64,000 bases of DNA from contig NC_042998.1 in NCBI RefSeq assembly GCF_006345805.1, positions 143,840,001 through 143,904,000 of the forward strand, read 5' to 3'. Both the position numbers and the translations under genes were made by a program. Shown piece by piece: positions 41,945-54,739 of the stretch. This stretch comes from Octopus sinensis (taxonomy: Eukaryota). Every line of letters starts with the position of its first letter. Position 1 is the first letter of the stretch. Below the pieces are notes generated by a model. The model was not told the origin of the DNA and ran no database searches. It saw nothing but the letters and a program-made list of their open reading frames with translations.

Positions 41945-43002
41945 TGCCCTCGAATTCTCCTGCACCATTTCCAACACTTCCGTCAACATTTCGGTCAACA
42001 TACACAACTCCACTCTCACTACCTCCATCTACTACAAACACACCGACTCATACCTCAACTTCTCCTCCTCCCACCCTACCCACACCAAGCTCTCCATCCC
42101 CTACTCCCAGTTCCTCCGTTTACTGCATCTCCTGCTCTTTCTGTCCTTCTCTGTACATCGGGCAAACGAGACGCCGCTTGGCTGACCGGTTTGTGAAACA
42201 CCTCCGAGACATTAGATTCGTCAACGACATCCTGGTATCGCGCCCTTTCCGCTTTACCGGTCATTCATTATAACACCTGTCCGTGTTCGGATTGTCTTTG
42301 CACAGGGGCCATCCGGACTCCCGCCTTCGCCGTGAACAGGAATTAATCTCACTTCACTCCTTTGTACCATATGGACTCAACTCCCCTCTCCTCTTCATGT
42401 GACTCACCTCCTCTCCTCTCTTCATCTCAGACCTACTTCCTCTCTTTACTCCTACCCACATTCTCCTGTCATCGATACCCTCCACCCTATACATCCCACT
42501 CCCACAAACCCCATCCTACCCCCTCGTCCTCACCCTAAACCCACACCCCCAACACCGCCACACCACCCACACACCACCATACCACATCACACCACTCCAC
42601 ACGCACTAGCACTGACCACTTCCCAGCACCCACACAATCATCCACACACCCACACATTACAGATGCACCCACTTAAACCCGCACACGTCAAAGCCACCAT
42701 CCCCTACTCACACGCACACACTTATACACTCTCACATACACACGCACGCACACCTTCGTTCTGGGATTACTAATACTTTATTATCTCCCCTTCTTCCTAA
42801 CTTTCCCGTATAAATACCTTTATCCAACCAGCTGCCATGATTGACCGCTAGTTCCAAAAGTTTTTCTCTTCTCTCTCTGTATATTTCATCGTGTTCCTTT
42901 CTGTTGAAGAATGTAAGATCGAAACATAAAAGACTTTCTCACCTTCCCGAGCGTTAAACTATTACACCTGTCTTCTCTTTTGTTTTCTGTAAATTTCAAC
43001 TA
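41945..43002 (+). mobile_element. Penelope-like element (Neptune/Poseidon type), internally deleted: RT thumb, GIY-YIG and pLTR
   Basis: TSIYYKHTDSYLNFSSSHPTHTKLSIPYSQFLRL is joined directly to VYCISCSFCPSLYIGQTRRRLADRFVKH. A C-rich 3' region ends at (TA)n. Confidence 0.9.
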
Positions 43003-43006
43003 TATA

Positions 43007-43085
<79 letters not shown>

Positions 43086-43089
<4 letters not shown>

Positions 43090-44395
43090 AGAATTCATGA
43101 AAAAACAAAAGACGAAGACAGGTGGTGTAGACAACAAACAGATGTATTAGTTTAACGCTCGGGAAATGAAAAAGCCTTTAACGTTTCCAGCCTACGCTCT
43201 TCCACAGAAAGAAAGAAACAAACAAGGAGAGTAAATAAAGAATGTGTAGTGGCTAGCGATCTATCATGGTGAAAGCCGGACAGAAGGGTCACACAGGAGA
43301 GCTAGGAAGAAGGGGAGATAATAAAGTAGTGGTGATCCCAAAATGATGGTGCGCTTGCGTGTGTATAAGAGAGTATGGCTGGTGACCTTGACGTGTGCGT
43401 GTGTGTAGGTGTGAAGATGTGGGGCTGGGAAGTGGTTAGTGCTAGTGTGTGCGTGGTGGTGTGATGTGATGGGATGTGTTGTAGTGGTGTATGGTGTGGT
43501 GATGTGTGGTGTGGTGTGATAGTGTTGGGAGGTGGGAAAAGCAAGGGTGGGGGTGTGGTTAGGATGAGGGTGGGGTATGTGGGCAGGCAGAAGATGGGGT
43601 AGAGGTGGATATGAGGGAGTGGGTGTAAGGGATGGGGTGGGTGGGATAGGAAGGATAGGTAAGGTGGGGTTGGAATGTGTAGGGGTGGGTGGGGTTACGA
43701 GGGAGGGAGTGACGATGAAGAGGGAAGGAGAAGGTGGGTAGGGGTGAAGAGAAGAGAGAACGAGAGTAGGAGTGAAGAGAAGAAGTAGGAGTCGGAGCAA
43801 GAGAGGAGAAGTGAGTGGGAGGAAGTAGGTGTGAGGGGAGGAGAGTTGAGCCCATGAGGCACAAAGGAGCGAAGAGAGAAGATTAATCCGTTTTCATGGC
43901 GCAAATGGGAGTCAGGATGGGCCCTGTGCAAGGACAACCCGAACACGGACAGATGTTGCAAAGAGTGACCGGTAGAGCGGAAATGGCGCGATACCGGGGT
44001 GTCATTGCCGAGTCGGATGTCTCGGAGGTGTTCCGCGAACCGGTCAGCCAAGCAGCGTTCCGTTTGCCCGATATATAGAGAAGGGCAGAGAGAGAGCAGG
44101 AGATGCAGTAGATGACATTGGTAGAAGTGCAGGTGAAGGAGTCGGTGATGGGTGCCGGTGAGTAGGGTGGTGTTGGAAAGGTAAGAGCAAGTGCGGCAGC
44201 GTGGGCGGGAGCAGGGGAACGAGCCGGGTTGGGAGATTGGGTTAGGGAAGAAGCTGTGGACCGATAGGTCTCGTGGGTTGTGGGCTCATTTGAAGGAGGG
44301 GAAGGGTCGGTTAGAGAAGATGTGCGAAGTGGAGGGGTTGGACTGGAGTCGCCGAAAGGCTCGAGAATGGGGCTTTGGAGAGGTAGGGTTGTCAA
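43086..44395 (-). mobile_element. Penelope-like element of the same family, 5'-truncated: Cys-rich linker, GIY-YIG and pLTR
   Basis: CSRPRCRTC linker, FTCTSTNVIYCISC, LYIGQTER.LADRFAEH and LIFSLRSFVPHGLN; inverted homology to 42120-43002. Confidence 0.9.
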
Positions 44396-45615
44396 CCCAT
44401 AAATAATGCGGTTTTTTCAATTGCATGGACTAAAGGTCAGAGGGGGACGGGATAAACTACTTGCATCAACTTGCTATGAAGGCAGGTAGTAATTTTATCC
44501 TGTACTTATTCTTAGTGCAAGTTCTGAAGAGTGCAGTTTGAGTTAAACAGTTATTTTTTCAAAGGGGCATATTCGGCATATTTTGCTTTATGAGTTCAAT
44601 AAAGACAACAACGCAACGGATTGTGCAAGGAATATTAATGCAGTATATGGGGATCGGACAATAAGCGTAAGCTAGTGTCAACGGTGATTCCAGAAATCCC
44701 GAGCCAGAAACTACAACCTAGAAGATGAGCCTCGTCCTGGAAGATCTGTAGAGCTCGATGAGGACGTTCTGCAAACCCTAGATGAACAAGATCCCATCGT
44801 AAGTGTTGAGGAACTACCAGAGAAGCATGCATTTGGTCATTCGACTATTCATTGACACCTGCGTGCCATCGGAAAAGTCAGCAAATTGGGTTAATGAGTT
44901 CCTCACAAGCTTTCCGAGTCCAATTGCACGCAGTGAGTGAATGTGTATTCTTCATTGCTGTCACGTCTCACGAATGAACCTTTTTAGGACCGAATAGTGA
45001 CTGGTAACGAGAAATGGATTCTCTATAAAAATATCAAGCGCTGAAGAAATTGGGTAGGGAAAGGAGAAACACCGGCACCCCAGACTAAAGAAGGTTTGCA
45101 CCTACGTAAGGTGTTGTTATCTGTTTAGTGGGAGAAGAAAGGTTTAGTCCACTTTCAACTTATAAACCCAAACCAAACGATTACAAAGATCTAGTGCAAG
45201 AAGCTTAAGCGGCTTAAGTCAGCGCTTGAAGAAAAACGATCATTTTTGGTTTCAAGACGAACAGTGTTCTTCCATCAGGATAATGCTCGGCCACATACAG
45301 CGGGATGACATTCCAAAAGCTGAATGGGAAATGATGCCCCACCCACCATATTCGCCGGACATTGCTCCATCTTATCATTTATTCTGCAGTCTTCAAAATT
45401 ATTTGGACGAAAAAAATATGAATTCTGTAGACGAGGTCAGAATAGTACTGGAGGAGTACTTTTCGTCACGAACAAGTGAATTTTGCAAGTCTACCAGATA
45501 GATAGAAGAGCATTGTAGAAAATGAGGGAGAGTATATTTTAGATTGAAAACGAACCTTGTTTATCTTAATTTTGAAAAATAAAAGTAACGAAAAACGCAT
45601 TATGGGATGACCCAA
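44391..45615 (+). mobile_element. mariner transposon with pseudogenised transposase
   Basis: HIRHILLYEF, LEDEPRPGR, VPHK, RIVTGNEKWILY, FHQDNARPH and HPPYSPDIAPS motifs with stops and frameshifts. Right TIR ...gcattatgggatgacccaa|TA; left TIR clipped. Confidence 0.92.
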
Positions 45616-45624
45616 TATATATTC

Positions 45625-45835
45625 TTCTATTCTTTTACTTGTTTCAGTCATTTGACTGCGGCCATTCTGGAGCACCACCTTTAGTCGAACAAATTGATCC
45701 CAGGACTTATTCTTTGTAGGCCTAATACTTATTCTATCGGTCTCTTTTGCTGAACCGCTAAGTTACGAGTATGTAAACACACACCATCGGTTGTCAAGCG
45801 ATGGTGGGGGGACAAACACAGACACACAAATATAT
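45625..45835 (-). mobile_element. SINE 3' half; related copies near 37950-38130 and 41010-41310
   Basis: Minus strand ends ggtggtgctccagaatggccgcagtcaaatgactgaaacaagtaaaagaata. Confidence 0.75.
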
Positions 45836-45881
45836 ACATACACACACACACACACAGACACACACATACACACACACACAC

Positions 45882-45939
<58 letters not shown>

Positions 45940-45956
45940 ATACATACACACAAATA

Positions 45957-46820
45957 CAGGGCGAGGTGAATAAACTGCCGTCTAAATTACGCAAAAATGA
46001 AAATAACACTGGCATCTCATTGTAACAGATATATTTACCAGAATTTCATTAAAATATCTTGAAATACTGAAGAGTAAATTCAATATAATTGCCATTGGCT
46101 TCAACCACAGCCTCCAGACGACTTCGGAATCTCCTGCAGCTCTTCTGGACGGTCTCCTTGTTTAAGTTGTTGAATACTGCCATAATCCTTTGGAGTTACA
46201 AGGAATTTTATTGGTCCCTCACTCAATTGCTCCCAAACATAATAACCAAGGGAGTTACAATCTGGGAAGTTTGGTGGCCAGATGTTAGGGGTGATGCGGT
46301 CGCAGAAATTGTCTGACAGCTATGACTGGGTTATTCTGCTTGTGTAGCATGGTGCGGAGTCCTATTACCAGACCTAGGGTCTTCCAGCAGCCACCCTCTT
46401 GACCCAGGGCAGCACTACCTCTTCCACGCACTTGATGTAGGCCTCTGTGTTGAGTCCGAGGATGTGTGGGAAGATGAATGGAGGCATAACATCACCATCA
46501 CTAGTGATCACTCCAAACACCATGATGTTGATTGGATGTTTAATTTTTATAATTCTCAATACATGTGCTCAGATTGCAGCCTTCATAATGACATCCAAAC
46601 ACTCTGAAATGTTCACATTGGAACTTTCATCTCGAATGAGAAGCAGTACAGCATGTTGTTTACAAATTTCTGGCAGAGTGAATTGCGTCATGGTGGTGGC
46701 TTTCTCACAGATGGTGCCCAACTGACCCTACTACACTGCGTAGCCGACAAAATAAAAAACAAACAATGTGCACGCACGAAATTAAAAATATAAAATGGCA
46801 ACAATTTACCCATCGCATCC

Positions 46821-46822
<2 letters not shown>
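45957..46822 (-). mobile_element. Tc1/mariner superfamily element, maT-like, internally deleted
   Basis: IMVFGVITSDGDVMPPFIF...YIKCVEEVVLPWV, *QDSAPCYTS and IWPPNFPDCNSLGYYVW motifs; imperfect TIRs starting cagg at both ends. Confidence 0.8.
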
Positions 46823-46874
<52 letters not shown>

Positions 46875-46877
<3 letters not shown>

Positions 46878-47745
46878 TAGCATTAAAGACCCGTCGTTGC
46901 CGGGTCATAGTGCTAGTGCATGTATATACGTGTATATATATGTGTACATATTACATGTACATCTATATATATGCATCTACACATAAAATGCAAAATACAA
47001 AGTTATATCTGATATCGCTAGTGATAACAATACTCAAAATATATAACAGACTGGAATTGTTAGCTCTTCTTTTTTCTCTACATTGTATACTTTATAGACA
47101 ATAGTCTTTTCTTTAATTTAATTTTTTATTATCCATCTGGACTATTTCATTTCTGCACGCTAATTTTATTTTTAATTTATTCCCATTCATGTGAAACCAC
47201 TTATTCAAGTTCAAATTATTGATGCAATTTTATACCAATTGCTATTTTTACTTTTGTTGTGTTACGATTATATTATACTTTAGTTTAATTTTAATTATTA
47301 CTTACTACATATAATTCAATTGTTATTATTATTTTTATTGTTAACGTGAAAGCATCTGACATAAAATAGAGAAATATTTTTGTTTCACTTTTAACACGTA
47401 ATACTGAAATAGTGGAGAAGATATGATATTGCAATGGGCTCGCTCTAGGCAAGAAGTTGAACATTTTTTTGCCCATGAAACTACATGGACCCTAAGTAAG
47501 GCATGTGTAAAATTTAAATGAAATTGGTTGTGTAGTTCTCAAGTTTTAGGGAATCGTAGTGGAGAAGATATGATATTGCTGTGGGCTCGCTCTAGGCAAA
47601 AAGTTAAAACATTTTTTGCCGATGACACTCCCCGGACCCTAAGTAAGGCATGTTTAAAATTTGAATGAAATTGGTTGCGTAGTTCTCAAGTTTTAGGGAA
47701 ACCACAGACAGACAGACAGACAGACAGACACACTCTCAGTTTTTT

Positions 47746-47794
<49 letters not shown>

Positions 47795-48670
47795 TAGCAT
47801 TAAAGACCCGTCGTTGCCGGGTCATAGTGCTAGTGCATGTATATACGTGTATATATATGTGTACATATTACATGTACATCTATATATATGCATCTACACA
47901 TAAAATGCAAAATACAAAGTTATATCTTGATATCGCTAGTGATAACAATACTCAAAATATATAACAGACTGGAATTGTTAGCTCTTCTTTTTTCTCTACA
48001 TTGTATACTTTATAGACAATAGTCTTTTCTTTAATTTAATTTTTTATTATCCATCTGGACTATTTCATTTCTGCACGCTAATTTTATTTTTAATTTATTC
48101 CCATTCATGTGAAACCACTTATTCAAGTTCAAATTATTGATGCAATTTTATACCAATTGCTATTTTTACTTTTGTTGTGTTACGATTATATTATACTTTA
48201 GTTTAATTTTAATTATTACTTACTACATATAATTCAATTGTTATTATTATTTTTATTGTTAACGTGAAAGCATCTGACATAAAATAGAGAAATATTTTTG
48301 TTTCACTTTTAACACGTAATACTGAAATAGTGGAGAAGATATGATATTGCAATGGGCTCGCTCTAGGCAAGAAGTTGAACATTTTTTTGCCCATGAAACT
48401 ACATGGACCCTAAGTAAGGCATGTGTAAAATTTAAATGAAATTGGTTGTGTAGTTCTCAAGTTTTAGGGAATCGTAGTGGAGAAGATATGATATTGCTGT
48501 GGGCTCGCTCTAGGCAAAAAGTTAAAAACATTTTTTGCCGATGACACTCCCCGGACCCTAAGTAAGGCATGTTTAAAATTTGAATGAAATTGGTTGCGTA
48601 GTTCTCAAGTTTTAGGGAAACACACAGACAGACAGACAGACAGACAGACACACTCTCAGTTTTTTATATA
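46875..48670 (+). repeat. Tandem pair of ~918 bp non-autonomous Helitron/DINE-like units
   Basis: Each unit begins tactagcattaaagacccgtcgttgccggg, has an internal ~145 bp duplication and (ACAG)n, and ends in (TA)n. Identical ORFs at 47291 and 48209 are offset by 918. Family assignment is by resemblance only. Confidence 0.8.
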
Positions 48671-48905
48671 TATATATATATATATATAATTGATATAGGA
48701 TAAAATTTTTTTCGGGAAAAAAATTTTATCAATGGCCAGCATATCAAAAAAATGCCTTTAAAGGTAAAATTTATACATAATTTACAAGATAAGGGCAGAA
48801 AAAAATTTCTAATGCCAGATACGCCGAAACAAAAAATTTGTCGATAACCATTAAATTTATGCGTCTCGAAACAAACCGATAGAAATCTCTAAAAAAATTC
48901 GTTAT

Positions 48906-48964
48906 TACCGTATTGGTCCAATTTCGGGGTTTATTCACAAGAAATTTTCCCCTCTTCAGCGGCA
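48906..48964 (-). ncRNA. Type I hammerhead ribozyme motif (mirror copy)
   Basis: Exact reverse complement of 48997-49055. Confidence 0.8.
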
Positions 48965-48996
48965 CATACGCGAGATATAAATGATATAAGCGTATG

Positions 48997-49055
48997 TGCC
49001 GCTGAAGAGGGGAAAATTTCTTGTGAATAAACCCCGAAATTGGACCAATACGGTA
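48997..49055 (+). ncRNA. Type I hammerhead ribozyme motif
   Basis: Stem I tgccg/cggta, core CTGAAGA 49002-49008, stem II gggg/cccc, GAAA 49036-49039, stem III ttgg-a-ccaa, AUA cleavage triplet at 49048-49050. Confidence 0.8.
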
Positions 49056-49747
49056 ATAACGAATGTTTTAGAGATTTCTATCGGTTTGTTTCGAGACGCA
49101 TAAATTTAATGGTTATCGACAAATTTTTTGTTTCGGCGTATCTGGCATTAGAATTTTTCTTCTGACTTTATCTTGTAAATTATATATATATATATATAAA
49201 GTTATATATATTATATTGCATTATATTATATATTTTATTGTACACACGCACACATATATATATACATACATACATACATGCATGCATGCATACATACATA
49301 CAACATACATACATACATACATACATACATACATACATACATACATACATACATACATACGTACATACATACATACATACATACATACATACATACATAC
49401 ATACATACATACATACATAGTTATATCAAATACCATGCAACATACATTCTTGATTTATAAGAACTATCTCCAACTTTAGAAGATGTATCACACTTACCAA
49501 ATGGCAATTAAGACCAGCTCCATTTGAGATAATGAAAGATTCTCCAAAACTAACATGGCATTGAAGAAAAGGACAGTCTTACTGTCTGGAAATAAGAGGA
49601 CGATCCGTGTTTCTGATTGAGTACCAGTCATCAGTACGACAATTTACCAACCTTATCTCCAGAAACCAAGGGGTTTAGACTTGTACAAAAAGAGTAAAAC
49701 ATCTATGGCCTTGATAATTTGTATAATCTAAACAAAAAAAATAGGTA

Positions 49748-49802
<55 letters not shown>

Positions 49803-51257
49803 TATATAACATATATATATATATAAAGATGCTTTATTAATGTGCAAAGCTATGAAATGATGACAACTTCAGAATTATGAATTTAATATTTAATTAACTT
49901 CACTGTGTATAAATGAAGCAACTGTAAGGGATAATGATCGATTTGTTGCTGATAATAAACTCTTATTAACTTCAAAATTTCTATTTTCTTTTTTCCTTTA
50001 TATATATATATATATATATAGGCATGGAGCTTACAAAAATAATTTCAAGTGCAGGCTTTGTTTATTAGAGAAAATGTATATCTTATTCAAAGACAATAAT
50101 TCTTTGAATCAAAGAAGTGAGTTAATGAACTTATGTAGGCACGCGGCTAAATTTAAAATGTCGAATATAAATATACCATATGGATAGAGTATATATTTTG
50201 TATTTTTGATTTTTGATTTTGATTTTGACTCTTGAGCGCTACGATGAATTTGGATTCTGTTTCCAAGCTACGTGGATCTTAATCCGTATAGCAAAGTCTT
50301 ATGTTTCTACATATATATTAGGAAAAACCTACAAACTTTGTTTTCATGCTATTGTATTGCATAGGATTACCTTGATTATTTATATTACCTTGATTATTTA
50401 TAAATGACCCAAAATAGGATGTTATATTTTATTTTATATGTCTTTCGTATATATTTTTATTAATGCACCCATTTTTAAAAGCAATGTTTTTTAAAAAAAG
50501 CAATGTTGTCAAAATTAGAATGTTTATATAAGTATGTGTATAGCAAAGCATATGTATTGGTAAGCATGCGTATCTGTGTATGTGTAAGTGAAAGTATGTT
50601 TGTGCTTAAGCACACATATACACGACGGTATGTATATGTATCCATTCAAACATGTGTATGTATACTGGCCTCTATAGATGCCAATAACATCGTTACACTG
50701 CTTATTTCGTTTTTTTCCCCACCCCTCCTTCGTTTCTTTTTTCTCTCTCTCCCTTTCTTTCGTTCCCCCTCCTTGCCCAGTATATGAGAATTGCTACATA
50801 GATGAATTTTAGCTTGCGTGCGAGACGGTTTGCGTGAATATATGTACACATGCTTTTATGTGTATATTTAAATTCATATTCATACGTCTGTATATGTATG
50901 TATGGCGTTTACGCGCATCCTTTTGTGTATGTTGATATATATATGTAGATTTTAATATAAATATGTATTGCAGTATTTATAACAGGTTTAATTTCTATGC
51001 ATTAATTTGCACTGTCTTCATTAACGTCAATGGTTTTTCCTCGGATTTTATAATTTTTATAAGTTTTTATATATAATTTTTATAAGTTTTATATATAATT
51101 TTTATAAGTTTTATATATATATATACATATATCTTTGACCTTTTTGTTTATCGCTCGAAGATTGACCGTTTTTTCTAAAGGGCCAATCAAACAAGTCCAT
51201 TTCTTTTTAAGGTGTAGCGTTTGTAAGAGTATAGATTGAATTGATATATCAGTTCCA

Positions 51258-51318
51258 TTCTAACAAAAACTGTCTGATGAACGGCAACGAGAAACTCAGA
51301 GTAACAGATTTTGTTGAA
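51258..51318 (+). ncRNA. Type I hammerhead ribozyme motif in PLE pLTR
   Basis: Long stem I ttctaacaaaaactgt/acagattttgttgaa, CTGATGA 51274-51280, weak stem II cg-gcaa-cg, GAAA 51291-51294, stem III ctc-a-gag, GUA triplet at 51301-51303. Confidence 0.7.
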
Positions 51319-51479
51319 TTTTCTGCTGCTTAAAATAAAGCATATTACTCTACCACTGGTATTTGAGTACTCTCTTTTCCACCTTGTTTCACATTTATGT
51401 GTTTACTCCGGTGTAACCCGCTCCTTGTAAAAGTTTTGAGCGACTCTGCACAAGTAGGAAGAACAAACAGCTGAAAAAG

Positions 51480-52323
51480 ATGGAACTTTACCCGCTGGAT
51501 TTTTCTCAGAAAAATATACCTATCCCTGCACGGAAACAATATCTCAAAGGTCTTATAGAGAAAACGGAAGAGTTTATTAGAAGATTGAGATGGAAAGCCT
51601 TCTTCTTTGATAATAGACAGAAAATAGAAGGAAACAAATATGGATTTAAATCTCCCAGAAACCCGCCACCGATTCCGGAATTAGAAGCCTTCGAGAAAGA
51701 CCTTTTCGAGCTTATTAGGAAAATTAAATTCCGCAAATATACCAACCAATTGCAAAAAAACATGAGAGAAAAAATTAAGGAGATTAACGACTCGAATAAG
51801 ATCTTCGTTAATTCTGACAAGACAAGAAACTTATATGCACTTGATAAGGACGTTTATAAACGCCTGATTTCGAATAGTGTCACGGACACATACAAAAAAG
51901 ACAACACGAATATATACAAAGAGGTGAACTTAGAAGCAAGAGGAATAGCTAACGATCTTAAGATTAGCGATAGGATTGAATACCTTTCACCACGACCAGC
52001 TTTTATTACTCTGAAAGACCATAAAGCCAATTTTAGTAGAAACCCCAAATGTAGATTGATAAATCCGGCTAAAACTGAGATAGGAATTATTAGCAAAAAT
52101 ATTTTGGACCGTATTTTAGTTAAGTTAGATAGTGAAGTAGACTTGAGAATTTGGAAGAATAGTAAGTCAGTTATAGAGTGGTTTAAAGGTATTAGCTATA
52201 AGAATAATTGTAGTTTCACACAATTCGACATTATTGACTTTTACCCGTCAATATCTAGGACGTTGCTCCTAAGGGCATTGGACTTCGCCAAGCAGTATGT
52301 CAACATCGATAGCTCGGAAATTG

Positions 52324-52327
<4 letters not shown>
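51480..52327 (+). CDS. Penelope-like reverse transcriptase, N-terminal ~280 aa, uninterrupted but truncated at (TA)n
   Basis: KNIPIP, IRRLRWKAFFF, SDKTRNLY, FITLKDHK, KCRLINPAK and RT motif FDIIDFYPSI. No YxDD-type motif before the break; the tail of the tracked ORF is read-through into repeats. Confidence 0.85.
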
Positions 52328-52334
<7 letters not shown>

Positions 52335-52358
<24 letters not shown>

Positions 52359-52567
52359 CATCGGTATATATCTATATATTTATATGAAAATGGATCTTGT
52401 ACATTTTGTATAGCTGGATGCCCGTCCTGTCGACAACCCTTTCAAGTAATATTTCACCATGCCCTTACATGTTTACATGGCAGATTGGAAACGAAGAACA
52501 CCGCTTGCAAGACAGCGACACTCGTTTACTATCATTGCTTGATGTCAAGGCAAGGAGACAGACAGTG

Positions 52568-52601
<34 letters not shown>

Positions 52602-52647
52602 ATACAAACATATATAGTATACACCCTTGTATTTATATGTATATAAG

Positions 52648-52705
<58 letters not shown>

Positions 52706-53357
52706 AATTGATAAATTGAAAATAATTTACGATAAAAATTTGCAATTTATTTTGATTAAAATACCAAAGGCTTCAGAGCGATACCTCTTATTACAACTTG
52801 CCTGCATTTAGCGTCTTTCACTGTCACTCACTCCCACTTTGTTGTTTTAGTCTCCCTCTACAAGCGTAACTGACGAGAAACACATTGTGTTTTATTATAT
52901 ATATGATCAGTTATTAATGGATAGCAAGCAACGTGTGATCTCCTCAAGGTTGAATGCAAAGAGTTTGTAGGCCAGCCCCTCTGCAGAGTTACATACAACA
53001 TCCTGGGCATCACGGAGGCAGGTAGGCGGAAGGCCATCAAAGTTGGTTGTGGACGCAACAGAGATCAAAAAGTGTGAGCCATGAAAGAGGCAAAGCTATT
53101 GAGTGGACGCAACAGAGATCAAAAAGTGTGAGCCATGAAAGAGGCAAAGCTATTGAGTGGAGCTTGATCAACTCTGGCTGGGTCACCTGGGTGAGGGTGT
53201 CTAATTGTTGAAAGACCTGAAATACTCTCTGAATGAGAAGATCGTGTGCGGCTGCCTGGACGCTAACGATTTTGGCATGGCTGACTGGACATAAAACCTA
53301 TTTTAGTGAAAGTACTTTTTGGCACTCACTCACGCGTGCTCTCTCAGAACTATACAT

Positions 53358-53397
<40 letters not shown>

Positions 53398-53546
53398 CAT
53401 AATTTATTAATTAAACACGGCTGACATAAACACTTCCCCTTCTTATATGCATAAAGAAAAATGTGCTCACACACAAGAACAGAGAGAGACGAAGAGAGGG
53501 AGAGAGAGAGCGACCGAATATGTGGCAGCTAGATATATACATATAT

Positions 53547-53581
<35 letters not shown>

Positions 53582-53793
53582 GAAACATCGGTATATATCT
53601 ATATATTTATATGAAAATGGATCTTGTACATTTGTATAGCTGGATGCCCGTCCTGTCGACAACCCTTTCAAGTAATATTTCACCATGCCCTTACATGTTT
53701 ACATGGCAGATTGGAAACGAAGAACACCGCTTGCAAGACAGCGACACTCGTTTACTATCATTGCTTGATGTCAAGGCAAGGAGACAGACAGTG

Positions 53794-53827
<34 letters not shown>

Positions 53828-54568
53828 ATACAAACATATATAGTATACACCCTTGTATTATATGTATATAAGCAGAGTGTGTGTGTGTGTGGTGTGTGTG
53901 TGTGTGTGTGTGTGTTAAATTGATAAATTGAAAATAATTTACGATAAAAATTTGCAATTTATTTTGATTAAAATACCAAAGGCTTCAGAGCGATACCTCT
54001 ATTACAACTTGCCTGCATTTAGCGTCTTTCACTGTCACTCACTCCCACTTTGTTGTTTTAGTCTCCCTCTACAAGCGTAACTGACGAGAAACACATTGTG
54101 TTTTATTATATATATGATCAGTTATTAATGGATAGCAAGCAACGTGTGATCTCCTCAAGGTTGAATGCAAAGAGTTTGTAGGCCAGCCCCTCTGCAGAGT
54201 TACATACAACATCCTGGGCATCACGGAGGCAGGTAGGCGGAAGTCCATCAAAGTTGGTTGTGGACGCAACAGAGATCAAAAAGTGTGAGCCATGAAAGAG
54301 GCAAAGCTATTGAGTGGACGCAACAGAGATCAAAAAGTGTGAGCCATGAAAGAGGCAAAGCTATTGAGTGGAGCTTGATCAACTCTGGCTGGGTCACCTG
54401 GGTGAGGGTGTCTAATTGTTGAAAGACCTGAAATACTCTCTGAATGAGAAGATCGTGTGCGGCTGCCTGGACGCTAACGATTTTGGCATGGCTGACTGGA
54501 CATAAAACCTATTTTAGTGAAAGTACTTTTTGGCACTCACTCACGCGTGCTCTCTCAGAACTATACAT

Positions 54569-54604
<36 letters not shown>

Positions 54605-54739
54605 CATAATTTATTAATTAAACACGGCTGACATAAACACTTCCCCTTCTTATATGCATAAAGAAAAATGTGCTCACACACAAGAACAGAGAGAGACGAA
54701 GAGAGGGAGAGAGAGAGCGACCGAATATGTGGCAGCTAG

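Larger units (their letters stand above)
48777..49183. repeat. Near-perfect inverted repeat with ~195 bp arms and an 18 nt spacer
   Basis: 48777-48971 is the reverse complement of 48990-49183 with few mismatches. Confidence 0.97.
50021..52327 (+). mobile_element. Second Penelope-like family: upstream ORF C-terminus and pLTR followed by a 3'-truncated RT ORF
   Basis: 50023-50187 encodes KCRLCLLEKMYILFKDNNSLNQRSELMNLCRHAAKF, a PLE endonuclease C-terminus. A hammerhead follows at 51258-51318 and the RT ORF at about 51480. Both ends abut (TA)n. Confidence 0.85.

Noticed and set aside
41755-41945. Possible minus-strand hammerhead relics (ctaataaagggtc; ttgaaga...cgaaa)
   Set aside because: Core and stems are too degenerate to fold convincingly.
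42399-43864. Pro/His/Thr-rich ORFs
   Set aside because: Low-complexity C-rich 3' region of the PLE copies.
52328-52568. C-terminal part of the 362 aa ORF
   Set aside because: Read-through across (TA)n into a SINE fragment; not RT sequence.
53049-53156. 54 bp direct repeat and other short repeats (13717-13772, 51050-51120) as CRISPR-like arrays
   Set aside because: Simple tandem duplications without spacers, in eukaryotic DNA.
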